Of a stretch of 64,000 nt of DNA, positions 1 through 13,799 are shown piece after piece. This DNA comes from Eledone cirrhosa. Its lineage: Eukaryota. Every line of letters begins with the position of its first letter. Within the stretch, counting starts at the first letter, position 1. The DNA lies in the NCBI GenBank assembly GCA_964016885.1, contig OZ024745.1, positions 84,444,001 to 84,508,000 on the forward strand. Direction: 5' to 3'. The position numbers were made by a program, and so were the translations under genes. The notes under the pieces were generated by a model. It saw nothing but the letters and a program-made list of their open reading frames with translations, searched no databases and had not been told where the DNA came from.

Positions 1-2061
1 GGGTGGGTGGTGGTTTCCAGCGGGGTGGGGACGGAGATGTTTGGTGGGGTGGGGTCTGGTGGGATGAGGGTGTCTGAGGTGGGGAGACATTTGAGAAGGA
101 CGCGGTTAAGTGGTTTCACGCAGGAATTCCCCACATCCTTTTCAAATTTTTCTGTTAGGGAACTATAAGTTTGTATAGGGACCCTAATCAGTTTTAGGTT
201 CAGTTTTTTGTTATTTTTAATAGAGTGGGCGAAAGTTTTCCCTTCGGTTTTCACCGAAGGGTTGTTCGTGATGGTCTCCATTAGTGTTTTGTTTTCAGTG
301 TTTATGTAAGTGTAAGTGTAATTTTCTTGTGTTGTGTTTGTTTTTATCTGTAGTTCTTGTGTGTGCTTTCGTTTTGTTGTAGGTATTTTGTTTTCAGGAG
401 GTGGGGGTTTTGTTTGTGATGTTTTAGTTGTTTGTGTTGGTGGTTGTATGTTTGTGGTAGTGTTTGGTGGTTTTTTCCTTTTGTGATGTCTTTTCTTTCT
501 TTTCGAGCGATGGGGTTCTCCCTCGTCTTCACTGGGTGATGGCAAGATAGCCTCATCTGTTGTATCGTCTGTGTGATTGGGGAGGGGTATGTCTTGGGGA
601 GCTGTTGTGTCTGTATGTGATTTTGCAGTGATTTTAGGTGGAGTGGGGTTGGGTGGGACTGTGTTTGTTGTGGTTATTTTTGTGTGTTGGTGTTGTTGTT
701 GTTGTGGTGGTGTTGGTGGTTGTGTTGTTTTGATGGGTATCGGCAGAAGAGCCTTTTTTTGACTCATTAATTTAGGACAGGAAGCCCTCAGGTGACCCCT
801 GCTAAAGCAATGGTAACATGAAGGCCGCCTACCCTCAACCGAAAAGTTTATGTAGGTGAGTCCGTCCAGGAGTACCCATTATGGGATCATAGCTATTCGC
901 TCTGGGCTCATTTGCACCAGAACTGCAACGCTAGTCCCATTGAATACATCTCTGGGGGACTTTCCTACTGACAGTATTCTGTCTTCATCAAAATTGATGA
1001 AGCCGCACAGTATCCACCATATGTTCACCTTTTGTGTGACACTCGTGATTTTAATCTTTTGTGTCCTTTTTCCCATGTATGTAGGGAAAAAGGTATACAG
1101 GTTGGATACAATTGGCGACACAGAGTAATTTTGGGCCGTCAATTGATCCTTCATGAGTACCGAAATACTCCAAAAGAGTTTGCTTCTTTGAATTTTTGAA
1201 AACCAGTCAATTTCTTTCTGTGACAATTGGACTGGTTTTCGGGTAGAATTGGAAACTGTCCTAAAAACTATCGTTTTGAGAGCAGTTTCCTGGCGAATTT
1301 CTACCGGAGAATTGATGCTGAAAGCACCATTTTTTTCGAAAGTGACATATCTCCTAGCATCCTTTAAAAGTTGTTCGGCATTTGTTATGTCGAGATATGT
1401 TAGTTCCTCCTTTTTTTTAACTGTCTGTGCAAAGGAGATTTTGGTTTCTTTGTGGAATTATCCGTGTTGGTGGTGTTGTCATTATTGTTGTTATTGTTGT
1501 TGTTATTCTTGTTGTCACTGATGTTGATATTATTCGTATTTTCCTTGGTGTTGGTGTTGTTGTTGTCTTTGATGCTGGTATTATTGGTGTTGTCTTTATT
1601 TTTTCTTTGTTGTTCTTGTCATTGTTGTTTTTATCATCATTATTTGTGTTGTTGTTGTTATTTTTGTTGTCATTGTACTGTTTGGTGTCATTTGTGTTGT
1701 TTGGATATGAATTTGTTATTACATTTTCATTTCGTCTTTCCATCTCCATAGTATCTAGGGAAGAAGACGATGTTGACTGCGAGCTATGTAGTCTTACCGA
1801 CTCTCCACCACCATTATCGTTGAACGCAGCGTTCATAACGTAATCAAACTTCTTACGATATTTTTTCCAAAATTCGATGAAGAAAAAATTTTTCAAACGA
1901 ATATTTCGCCCCTGTAGGGGCGAAAATGAGTTGACCCACCACCTGAAGATCCAGGCGGGGGGGGGGGTCAAGTTACACAATAATATAAAATTTAACTGAA
2001 AACTCACGTTTTTTTCTTACATAAAATAACGGAAACTTCTCCGCGAAGTTACACACGTGTG

Positions 2062-2062
<1 letters not shown>
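1..2062 (-). mobile_element. 5' part of an L1/Tx1-like non-LTR retrotransposon: 5' UTR plus disrupted gag-like ORF1; ORF2 would lie left of the window
   Basis: Minus strand 777-818 translates CYHCFSRGHLRASC, a C-x2-C-x4-H-x4-C zinc knuckle. ORF pieces at 879-1226 and 1417-1836. Bases ~1-140 resemble the ORF1 3' end of the neighbouring element (~5880-6060). The 5' end abuts (TC)n. Confidence 0.7.
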
Positions 2063-2139
<77 letters not shown>

Positions 2140-2152
2140 ATAGATAGATAGA
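2063..2152. repeat. (AG)n plus (AGAT)n microsatellite between the two Tx1-like elements
   Basis: Directly visible. Confidence 0.95.
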
Positions 2153-5100
2153 TTATTTTCTTTTTATTTGCCACCAGGGCATCAAAAAGTGGGACAAGTA
2201 CAATGTGGGGAGTTTACATGAAAAGGCGTCTTCAATAAGGAGGAGGCAATAACAAAATATGAAAATAAAATAAAATATAACAAAATAAATTTTATAACAT
2301 AATCCTCAATAGGGAGGAGGCGCCTTGCGGGGTCGCACACACCCCCGAAAAAAAGTGTGCAACCCTTCTCCTCAGGAGCACAGAGAGGGGGTGCTCCCTT
2401 GATCTTTCATCTTCCTCACCTATAGTCTGATGTAGAGTGAAGGCCAATTCACACGGGCCATTCTCGCCACTTTCACCCATCTTTCATCAAAACGGCTGGG
2501 GTGCAGCACCTCTCTCTCCATCCTGATCCTTCTTCCGAAGTGATATCGGAAGAAACGGACCAGTTGTTGGCCAGAGAGAAAGGTGTCTGACCTCAGTCCT
2601 TTCAGACGCGTCCACCATACAAACTTTTCGCCATGGCTATTATGCACAGAAACACCGCTTCTCCTTCGTTTTTGAAGAGGGGAGGCGGCTTGATCGTTAC
2701 AACAGACACGGTGGTGAACCGGATCGGTCCCACCCTTGAAAGCAGTTGTTCGACATAGCCCCACAGATCGGCAATGCCCGAGAAGTGTACCAATGCGTGT
2801 ACAACGGTTTCCTCGTCGCACACGCATGTGGGACAGATCTTTTTCGAGGGGTCCCTACCCGAGCGCCCGTGTCTGTAGAGCCTTTCTCGAATGGGCAGAG
2901 CCCCTCGGTAGCACTGGCAGGCCAGAACCTCTGGAAGTTATCCATGGGTCCCGGGCTGAATGTCTTCCTCCATGCCTAGGGCTTCTCCGAGGGCGTCGTC
3001 GCACCTGCTAACCACCAGCCCTCTATAGAATGACGAGGTGGATTCTCCACTGACAGCCGGATCCGCCTGCCAGAGAGCCGTGAGCGCCTGGGCACACTTG
3101 GTGTGCCAGGCGCCCAGTTTTCTCGGTCTTTGCTTGACCCATGATTGCAGCTCGGTGAGTGAGACGAGTCTGGGAAAGGCTCGCCTCACAAACGGGGCCC
3201 ACACCGGTTGATCGGTGAGGAATACCTGGAGGTGCCGTAGCCTTAATGCGTGTTTACGTATCATTAGCCACGGCATCCCCAGCCCTCCTTTCGAAGGGTG
3301 TTAACAGCAGATGGATCTCCTCACCATAGGAGCCCGCTTCTTCCAAAGGAATTGGAAGAGTACGCGCTCCATTTTGGCGAACGTTTCCCTTGGACAAGGC
3401 ACAACGGTCAGGCGGTAGTAGATGACGGACGCTTTATAAGTCTTCGCCACTTCCGCCCGACCTTTCAGGGACAGTTTGCACTCGGCCCACTTCTGGATCA
3501 GTGCAAACACCCTGTTCGTTATCTCACCCCAGTTCTTCTCCACCTGGAGTCTGGTCCGAACCAGACCACGAGCAACTTCACCGGGGCCTCCGTCCAGCGC
3601 CCGACGACGCCATCGGAGGGCATCGATCTGCCCCTCCACGTGCCGAGTTGCAGACCGATCGACTTGTCCCGGTTCAGTTTAGCCCCTGTAAACCTTTCGT
3701 ACTCCTCCAGTAAGGTGCCGATCGCCCCGATTTCCGAGGCCGTGGACACTATTACTGTTACGTCGTCGGCGTAGGCCGACACCGCTTTCCGCAATCCCGG
3801 TTCCAACGGCATGCCCTGCAACAACTCCAACTTCCGCATCAGTGGCTCTAGAGTCATTATATACAGAAGGGAGGAGAGAGGGCACCCTTGTCGGATGAAC
3901 CGCGCGATTGCGAACGGTTCCGAGAGGTAGCCGTTCACCTTGACTCTAGAGCAGATGCGGCTGCTGTGCATGGCATTAATCCAGCCCCTGGAAACAGGTC
4001 CGAAGCCTGCCGCCGCTAACACCGCATCCAGGTAACCATGGTCGACCCTATCGAATGCCTTAGATTGATCCAATTTGATCAGGGCCCCACCAAAGCCGGG
4101 TTCGTTCCCAACCCTCTCTATGATGTATCGCATGAGGTGGAGGTTGTCGTGGTTGGACCTGGACGGGATAGCACATGTCTGCGCATCTCCCACCAGGTTG
4201 CCCACGACAAGCGCCAACCTCTTTGCTAGCACCTTGGCCAAAATCTGTAACTCTGTATTTAGCAGAGTTATGGGCCTGAAATTATTTATATCGTCCCCTT
4301 GTTCTCGTCCGTCTTCACTAGCGTTACTACCCCCCTTGGTTACAGCACAGGGAATTCTCCCGTTCTGTTGCCATTTGCAGTAGACCGCCTCAACGAGATC
4401 GGGGAACAAGTCCGGCATAGCTAGATATAGTTCGTATGGAAGACCATCTAGACCCGGGGATTTGCGTTTGCCGCATTGGCTCAGCGCGTCCTCTATCTCA
4501 GCGGCTGAAATCGGCTCCTCGCATGACTTCGCCTCCCTGTCCGAGAGACGCGGCAGGCCGTCGAGGTATGGACCGAAGTCCACTTCCCCAACCGGCTCCC
4601 CGCCCCTTCCCAACAATCTGGCAGAGTGCTTTTGAAAAGCCTCGCAAATCTGCTTAGGTTCAAGGATCACCCGTCCATCATGGTCTCGCAAAGACCGGAT
4701 AGTGGATCTACTCCCTCTTTTGGCTTCTGTCATGCGGGCCCAGCTAACAGCTTTGGTCCCCTCGTTTCCCAGAGCACGTATTTTGCTTCGGACGATGCAG
4801 CCTTCGTGTTTCGCGTCGAAGAACTGGCCCAGGGCCGTTCTCGACGCTAGCACTCTGGCCACGTCGCCGCTTCTAATTGCCTCTTCTACACTATCTACCA
4901 ACTCCCTTTCCTTCCTATTTCTATTTGAGGCTAACTCCTTACTAAATTCTATAGAGACTACTCTAATCTCTCTTTTGAGAGATCCCCACCACCTGCTGTT
5001 GACGATGGCGCCCGTCAACCGCTCCTTAACTAAAGTGCTAATCCGGTCCCTGTAAACCTTACTTGCCGCTAGGGACAAGTTGAGCTTCCAGTAACCGGGT

Positions 5101-6277
5101 ACCTGTCTATGCGTTCTGTCAAGGTTGACCATGCAGGTCACTAACTTGTGGTCTGAATAGCCAACCATGCGCATTTTTGGACAACTTAAAAAGTCCTTAT
5201 CCTTATTTCTAACTAAGAACCTATCTAGGTACGAGCTAGATGATCCGCTGCGGTTTGCCCAAGTCCAGGTTGGCGCAGTCGGAAAATCTAGTCGATATCT
5301 ATCGGCCAGGTCAAATCGACCGATTAACCCTTTGAGGCTATTACACTCCTCTCTATCGGGACAGGCCCCTACGTAGTCCCAGCGTGCATCTAGGATACCA
5401 TTCCAGTCCCCCACTAATAGCAAGTAGCTGGACGTCCCTAGAAAAGTCTCCAGACGATGGAAGAAGTCTGGCCGCATTGACCCGAAAGGGCCGTAGACGG
5501 CTACCAACCTAAACGCTCTGCCTTCACCACTGCCAAGGTCCAGAACCACTAGTCGACTCTCCGGGTCCAAATGTACCGTCTGTGTTGCGAGACCCAGCAG
5601 AACGACAACCCCACCCCCTCCTCCGGGCTGACAGAGAGATGCGTGCATCTCAAAGTCATCAAAGGTGGGGGCCAGCTGTCGCACGTTACTGATCCGGGCC
5701 TCGCAAATAACCATCACATCTAAACGTTGTGACCTGAGGTGATTTAGAAGCATTGCTTGCTTCCAAGTTGAGCCCAGGCCACGCGCATTTAGACAGCCTA
5801 CTCTTAGCATAGCCATGTTGGTGGTGAAGAGAAAAGGCACTTACTTCTCTGCGTCCCGAGTATCGGGCTACACAATTTCCATGAGGGTGGGGGATGGGTT
5901 GTTGGGTGGGGTGGTGGTTTGTGGAAGTGTAGGGGCATCAGTGAGTTGTGTGATTGGGGTGGTTGGATTGTGTGGGTGTTTGGAGAGAGGGTGGGGTAGT
6001 TTTTTTAGGAACACGCGGTTAATGGGCCCGACGCAGGGGGGGCCCACGCCCTCTTTAAAGTTGTTTTTTTAGTGTTTTATAAGTGTCCTCTGGGGCCTTA
6101 ATCATTTTGAGGTGGGGGAAATCCCCTGCCTGGGTGAAGTTAGGCCCTTGGGTTTTTATCAAATTGTTGTTGTACACAATGTTTAACAGTTTTTTTGTTT
6201 CTTGTGTTTATGTATGTGTATGCATGTTTTTGTTTTTGTGTGGTGTTTTTTGTTTGCTGTTGTTGTGTGCTCTTTTG

Positions 6278-6278
<1 letters not shown>
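2153..6278 (-). mobile_element. 5'-truncated L1/Tx1-like retrotransposon: ORF1 tail, ORF2 and A-rich 3' end
   Basis: APE-RT-zinc-finger ORF2. The A-rich 3' end runs into (TATC)n, and (AGAT)n also flanks the 5' end at 6279-6330. Confidence 0.9.
2292..5840 (-). pseudogene. ORF2: APE endonuclease, reverse transcriptase and C-terminal Cys/His region; frameshifted after ~3520
   Basis: ORF 3519-5840 contains CLNARGL, GDWN, YLDRFLV, SDHKLV, GYWKLN, SPGLDGLPYELY, FRPITLLN, DQSKAFDRVDH, RQGCPLS and AYADD. It continues in 3301-3639, 2938-3276 and 2602-2823 (C..CDEETVVH). Confidence 0.92.
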
Positions 6279-6331
<53 letters not shown>

Positions 6332-9300
6332 CGCATACATGCACTACATAAAACACATACATAACGGTACACAATGAACAAAATATTAAAGTGATACGAG
6401 CTGAGTAGAATCAAGCGAAAGAGACACGAATTTCAATTTGAATAATATATAGATATATCATAAGTAATATTCAGGGATCTTCACTGATTTGATACAAGTT
6501 GAACATATAAAATTGACATGATAGAGGGCAAAACGAAATACTTATAATTATATTTTCTCTAGACAGACCACAAGGAAGATATATTAGTAAATAAGCAAAA
6601 TATTCGACATCATTCAAATGGCCGACAAAATGATTCTAGAGAGTTTTCTCGAAGATTGACTGTAAACACCATTGTCATGCACAGTTCATGAAAGCTGTCC
6701 GGCCATATGTTTTATTTGAAACCATTCCAGTCAAATAAATGACAACAGCAAGTGAAGTAAACCTTTATATATAAAGTAAATCATTTATTCTTGTTATTTC
6801 AACTAATAACCATGTTAATTCTCCTCTAACAATATCTTACTAAAATAACTCTTCGTTAAATATATATATATTCCATGATCATTGTGATGGTGGTATTTTT
6901 ATTGTATGTATATAGAGTATAAATATTTTATGATCTTTTGATGGCGGTATATTTAATGCTTATATGTACAGTATAGATAGTCTATGATCACCGTAATGGC
7001 AGTATGTTAATAACTAGGCATTAAAATAGTGACAGTAAATGTTACACTTACTATATTATTCAGCTGGGAGTGAAGCATCCAAGACAAAAATATATAAACT
7101 AGAAACACTGTACACAAGAGAAACTCCAATTTTAGATACTTATATAACAAATATCAAGGTAGAGACTTGGCAAAGTCATTAGAAAGCCCGATATTTGATC
7201 CGGTTCTGCGTTCTAATCCCGCCGATGTCAAATTTGTCTTTCATTCTTCGAGGTCAATAAATAATGTACCAATCAAATACTGGAATCCATTTTTTCTCTC
7301 TCTCGCTCTCTATCTATCTATCTCTCTTTCACACACCTCCTCTGTTCTTTCTCTCTGAAAGAAACTGGCTATATGTAGAACTGGCTATATTCAGAACTGC
7401 TCAAGTACATCGTATGTAGCGATGGTACCCCTACGATTACAGAAGCAATACTGGGCCAGTGGTTGGAAGGGCAGACAACAAATATCAAGTTAATTGTAAA
7501 GAAAACGTTTACAAAATACACTTCGAAAATTCTACAAAGAGTATGTCTTCAGTTCTTCATGTTGACCAAACATGCCTGTAAATGTTTATGTGCACCGTTT
7601 TTCCCTTTTATTTTATTATATCTCCTGTACGTGTTTTGTTATTTTACATCTTTTGTATGTATTTAAAATGTTGCAGAAGAGACATAATTCCTAATATTTT
7701 TCGTCTTCTGCATATTGTATAATTTATGATGTTGAGTGTAATGGCTGGATGTATTTGATGTTCATGAGAAGGATGGAAGGCGATGTTAATTTTGTTAGGA
7801 TATAAAAACAAAGATATATAAATGAAACTAAATGCTACGAAGCCTTTCATTTGTCGGTCTACTATTTCTGTCATTCATACACCTTGTATGACATCTAGGT
7901 AAACCAACTATCTGCTGGAATTAGCAGCCAAATATTCATCATACTTCATTCACTGCTATCTTAAAACCTAGAAAAGTTACATGTAGATCGGAATAGAAAA
8001 TACATTATATCAGGATAATAAAAGACTGGATAGTCAAACCTGGAACGTCAGTCCAATCAAGATTGGCTTTGAGATAAACAACATACCAACGAACCAATAA
8101 AAAACGTGGCCGCTCTTCTTGCTAGTATTATAAATCTCCATTAAAGCTAACCCCGCCTCCACTTATCTTAAAACAAGGACACACGAGACAAAGTAGTTAT
8201 AAGAACGCTGAATAAAAGAAGGATAATCACGGCTGGAATGTCACTAAACGTTGGCCTACTTTCACAATAAGTGACATCTATAAAACCCACTATCTCCTTC
8301 ATATTGCCTCCTGATATTTAGTTTTGTCTATCATTGTGTTCAAGCCCAGCTATGGTCAACTTTGTCATCCATCTTTAAGGAATTGATGCCATATTCATCA
8401 AATCAAACATCCTATTTCTAACGACCATGAAACAAGTTGAGATAATAAATGATAACTAAGCCTGCCCTTTAGATATTTTATAGAGAATTGTACATATTTT
8501 GTTACATAGGGAGAGGAGAACACGACATCCTGTTTCCTTACTTAGATATTTTATACAGAATTACACATATTTTGTTACATAGGAAGAACACAACATCACA
8601 TTAAAGAGTCAAGAAATATTAACTGCTTAACATTAATATTTTTTCTGAATGCAAATGAAGTAGTAATATGATAAAAATAGGAAATCAAATCGGATCATAC
8701 ACTCGGCTTAGTGGAATAGGAATAATATATTAGTTGTCTTATAAAGAAATCAGATTAGTTAAAGGTGAGGTATAGAGTTTTTCACTTAGTTTTATGTACA
8801 CATTAGTCGTAATAAATAAAAGAAACTCATCGTCATTCTATCTTAACATATAATAAATGAATGTTCCGAGGAATATATACGAAAGAAAATTATTTAATTT
8901 CCATTGAATAATACTCGAAGTGACTCATTTAATGTCATATATCACTTGAAGATTCTACAAATTCCTGCTAATACTTTATTTAATAAAAAAAAAACATAGG
9001 AAATTGAGTTCTTAGCCTTGGTAATCTGGAAGATAGGGATAACTAGTTAAGATTTTTTTTAATGGAATCAATGACTCTTTGCGTAAAAAAAAAATTATTT
9101 AAATATATTAGAAATACATGGTTAATTTGTTAATTTATGATACGCTGTGTAGATAATAGCAAGTGACACATAAGATTTGATGATTTACGAGTTGTCAGAT
9201 ATCGTTAACGAAACATAATTAAATATAACAATAAAATAGATAGGATAATAAATAACGATATTTCTCCCATGAAGAATAGCTAAATATCTTGTTAGTTGTT

Positions 9301-10334
9301 GTAAAATGTAAAGAGACAATAACAATAATATCTTGTTATGAGATTTGTGCAATAAAAACACACAGCTTTCCATTGAGATTTTATTTAAATCAGTTGTTGA
9401 CTCTTTTTATACTAATCCGCATGAAGCCGCACCTCGTTCTACTCTCTCTCTCTCTTTATCACTTTCTCTACCACTCTCTCTCCCTATCTCTCTAATTCTC
9501 TCTCTTTCCCTCTACCTCTTTTTCTTTGACTCATTCACACACACATAAACACAGTTAGTTATTTTGTTTACCTTAAACTAACGAAATGTGCTATAAGAAA
9601 ATACCAAACTTTATATCTACATAAAGTAACATACACAGAAGCATACACATAAACACTAGTCTTTAGTCTTCTGCCTGCATCAACAATCGGCCTTTATATA
9701 TTTGAAAGAGATCGACAGGCAGTGTGTAGCTGAATCTATAGAGCTCCGGACAAAATATTTTGTTTTCATAGTCTGGGAGCAAACATCACCCGAGCTGAAT
9801 TTACCTTTCATCTAACCAGGGTTGATAAAATCACTCCGTAAAAGAATCGTGGTTTATTCAAAATTAGAAAACAATATATAGTGACTGTTTTAAATTGTGA
9901 AACGATAACACTAAAATTAATATGGAGTTGAAGTTTGATAACCAATCAAATATATTGTTCCTTTATTCAGCCAGGGTGAGTCTAAGACAGCCATGGACAA
10001 ACTCTGGCTTGTTTATCTTTCTTAATGGCACGCCTAATTTCAAAATTACCTGAAGTTAATTGAAGTTTTATGTAGTGTGACCCGCTTTAAGATGAGCTAT
10101 ATATCATGCGGCCCACTGATCGAAAACCTTTGTCATACCGGGGCAAAGACTACATTATCCAATGTATCCATCCTCTTAAGGGCGATGTCTACTATTTCTA
10201 AAAGATTCAAGGACCACATATGATTCCAGTTCCTCAGTGAAATAACAACCCAACCAGGAACTGAGCATATCAGAGTATTGACAAAATTATACACCTCAAC
10301 AACATATGTACTTGTCTATACCACACTAATTCGG

Positions 10335-10372
10335 ACTGCCTGAAGAGGTCACAGCCAAATATATATAGCAGT
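10335..10372 (+). ncRNA. Degenerate type I hammerhead ribozyme (G of GAAA lost)
   Basis: actgc-CTGAAGA-ggtcacagcc-AAA-tatatata-gcagt. Stem I actgc/gcagt; AATAAA follows. Confidence 0.5.
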
Positions 10373-10554
10373 AATAAACGAAGCTAAATTTTAAACATTT
10401 GACTTTTTATTTAACTTTATTTTACATTACTCCGGAGTAACCAAACCAACCTGCGCATTTCGTCGAGTGCTCCAGCCTGCATATTTAGGTGTTGGTATAC
10501 AACCAACATATACTCAAAATCTATATATACATATATGTATATATATACATATAT

Positions 10555-10631
<77 letters not shown>

Positions 10632-10664
10632 TGTATATATATATAACGGCGATGAATTAGTTTT

Positions 10665-10985
10665 GCGAGGTTCTTGATATTAAATCGTGTGTCGAAACAA
10701 ATATTGTTATACTTGGGGAGGGTCATATTTGTGTAATATTGCCAGAATTAATAACAGAATACACTCACTGTTTGTTTGGTTTTCGCTTTTCGCTTCTGTG
10801 TCTTTTATATCGGTAATCTAATTTATTCGGTCCTCAATGTTGCCATTGACTGACCAACGGTCAAAAATAATACAGATACAATATAGACACAAACACATAT
10901 ATATAGTTTATCAAAGTTCTTTCGTTGCAAATCTGCAACATCGTCAGTGGTACTATTGTTTCCTCCCGTTACATTGTATTTTCTA
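10665..10985 (-). mobile_element. Solo PLE pseudo-LTR-like module, family A, in (TA)n
   Basis: Reverse complement of ~20665-20975. The tail tgaccctcccc-aagtataacaat is also at ~46005-46070 and ~54157-54215. Contains an HHR. Confidence 0.75.
10909..10952 (-). ncRNA. Minimal type I hammerhead ribozyme, family A
   Basis: Reverse complement: tacca-CTGACGA-tgttgca gatt tgcaac-GAAA-gaac-TT-tgata. Stem I is imperfect. Confidence 0.7.
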
Positions 10986-11804
10986 TATATATATATATAT
11001 ATACATAACACTTGACAGATTATTTAACCTTGTTTTTATTTCATTTCTAATGAAAGACACTGCCTATGATTTTTTAAATAATTAAGAATTTGGCGGAATT
11101 TAGTAATATAGCTAACTTTTTCATTATTAAGTTGGCATTTGGACCAAAGATTATCACATAACATTATGAAGGAATGTTTTAATAAACTCTTTAAAACAAA
11201 CAGTTTAACATCGTGTAACAAGTAGAGACGTCAGATTTTGTTACCCAAGACATTACAAGTCCCTATTTGGAGGAAGAAGGAGCACACTTTGAACATTTGG
11301 TCTAAAGATAGCAAATTGCAATGCTTTATTTTATTTATATAAAACCTACTTTACTTGTTTTGTTAGAACTTCTTATCAAATAAAAACTAATGGCGAATTC
11401 TGATAGAATGTAATAGTATTTACGGAAATGATTTCTTTTTCTAATTTTGATTTTAGACACAAAATTCTTGAAATCAAATCCTAGGCTGTGTGATGCTTCC
11501 AGTAATTATATTTGCCAATGCAAATTAAGACTTGAAAAAATATTCACGACTAGTAATTAAAAAAGAATATACGAATACGAATTTACAAAACAGAAATGAA
11601 TAAATAATTAAACTAATAACACATCCAGGCAAAGTCAAAGAAAACCAATATGAAAAAGTAATTGCTTCAGTTTGATCTGGTATCATTAATTTTAATAATT
11701 ACTACATCCATCGTTACATATTCTTTATCAATCTTTATAACATCTTTATAAAAAATCTTTTAAAAAAAAACATGTATTCTGAGGCAGGTTACTTTAGAGG
11801 TTAA

Positions 11805-12495
11805 GAAAGAGAGACTGAGACAAAGAAAAGGGAGGGAGACAGAAAGTGGGGGGGGGGAGAAAAGTAGGATGAGTGAAATGGAGAATAGTAAGGAAAGGGG
11901 GAGCTTGAGGGTGGGGAGAAACGTAGGGTGAGCAAAATGGAGAGACGGAAGGAGGTGGCAGAAGTGAAAAGAGTGAGAGAGAGAGAGGAAGGAAGGAGAA
12001 GATAAAAGTACGCAGAGAGGGAAGGAGAGAGAAGTAGAGATAGAGAAATGGAAAGGGAGAGAAGTGAGGAGAGGTGAGGGGAAGGGGGTGGGGACAAGAA
12101 GTGAAGAGAGAGAGGCGGAGGAAAGAAGTGAGGAGAGAGAGGGAGGAAAAGGAAGTAAGGAGAGAGAGTGGAAGGGAAAATAAATGAGGAGAGAGAGAGA
12201 GGGGGAAAGAAGTGAGGAGAGAGAGGGTGAGGAGAAGTGAGGGGAGAGAGGGGGGTGAGAAGAGAGAGAGGGGTGAGAGAAGTGAGGAGAGGAAGGGTGA
12301 GAGAAGTGAGAAGAGAGAGAGGGGGAAAGAAGTGAGGAGAGAGAGGGGGAAAAGGAGTGAGGAGAGAGAGAGGGGGAGGAAAAGAAGTGAGGAGAGAGAA
12401 GGGGTAGGAAAAGAAGTGAGGAGAGAGAGGGGGAGAAAAAGAAGTGAGGAGAGAGAAGTGGAAAGATAAAATAAAGGAAAAAAACAAGAGAGACG
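11805..12495. repeat. Purine-rich low-complexity tract with degenerate agaagtgaggagagag units
   Basis: Almost pure G/A; the overlapping ORFs are compositional artefacts. Confidence 0.9.
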
Positions 12496-13227
12496 ATTAT
12501 CAAATAAATTCTTAATTACTTTCCATATAAGATGACTGTTATCTCCATGGTAACTTGGCAACTCCTTGCTCGCTCGCTCGCTCTATCTAGCTATCTGTCT
12601 ATCTATCTTTCATTGCGGCTTAGACTATCGAATTACACTTGCACATCTTTCAATCTTTCGTTCTGTCATTATGTTGCTTTTTCAATTTGTCTATCAATTT
12701 ATCTATCCATGGATTTATTACTGTTGATAATTATATTTCTCCTTCTTCCTCTTTCTTTATCTCTTTGTTTCTTCACACTTTGTAATTTGCTTTTGTAGAT
12801 TACGTATGCATACATGTATATATATGTATGTATGTTCTCACTTTCTCTTAATTTTGAGTTTATTTTAGACTGGCCATCTTCCCGGTGGCAATGTTGTAAA
12901 GAAAAGGTAATTTTCGTCGTCTCTTGTGTAATCGTTCATCTTTTGAATCGTAAGAATATTTTACAGATTTTGAAGGTTCCAGGTTTTGTGGCCATTTATA
13001 TCTTGTCCACAAATCGAAGTTCAGTCATACTTTGGTTTAGGTGGGTTGATATATATCATGCAACTCCAATTATAACCGGTATGAAGCTGAATGTGTATCT
13101 TGGGTACTGGATCTGCAAACTTCTTATCAATGGTCCATAGATTTTCTCTTTTTATATTTTTCTTACTATATTGCATGGAGATATCCTTCAAAGTGGAATG
13201 TTATGAACTTGTCGGAACTCTATGTCT

Positions 13228-13500
13228 GTTTGGTATGGTCTGTGTTAGAGTATTCGGTTCACGATTGTAAAATTGTGAATTCGATTCCAGGCAGCGAGGT
13301 GTGTCCTTGAGCAAAATACTTTAAGTCCCCGTTGCTCCAGTCCACTCAGCTTACAAAATGAGTTCTACCCATAATTCAAAGGACCAGTGTCGCGTTGTGT
13401 CACACTAAATCTCTCTGGAGATGACATAAATGATACACATGTCTGTGAAATGCTAAACCACTTGAACGAGCAGGCTGTTCTGTTATTCATTCAACTGCGG
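13228..13500 (+). mobile_element. Decayed tRNA-derived CORE-type SINE
   Basis: B-box-like gaattcgattcc followed by gtgtccttgagcaaaatacttt...ttgctccagtccactcagc, as in 61098-61428. Confidence 0.65.
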
Positions 13501-13604
13501 TCAATATATTTGAAGGGATAGAGTTCAGTTCATAGTTAGACCAATTTAGGCACCACACTTTACATTCTGAGTTCAAATCTCGGGAAAGCCAAATTTACCT
13601 ATCA

Positions 13605-13799
13605 CAGATCTGCCAACCTCTAAAAACCCAAACGGGGAGTACCATGTAAAAAAGAGGCCCGAAACGGGGAGAAATGAGGCAAAATGGGGAGATTTTACAT
13701 AATGAAAGCTATACCCATTTTCACAAGAGAAGACATCTCTCATCCACCCCAAAGTGGGTGGGAGATCTCCCCATCGGACGGGGAGAGTTGAGAGGTGTG
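13605..13799. mobile_element. ~195-bp MITE inserted in a SINE, with 6-bp TSD ctatca
   Basis: Imperfect TIRs CAGATCTGCCAACCTC and GAGAGTTGAGAGGTGTG. ctatca occurs at 13599-13604 and 13800-13805. Removing the insert restores the SINE motif tttacctatcatcctt...gataaaataaagtacc. Confidence 0.6.

Noticed and set aside
6645-6705. Possible HHR (tcgaaga-ttgactgt...acagttcat-gaaa)
   Set aside because: The core, cleavage triplet and stem I do not fit.
11760-12561. 228-255 aa S/L/P/F-rich ORFs
   Set aside because: Polypyrimidine low complexity is open in all three frames; no domain signal.
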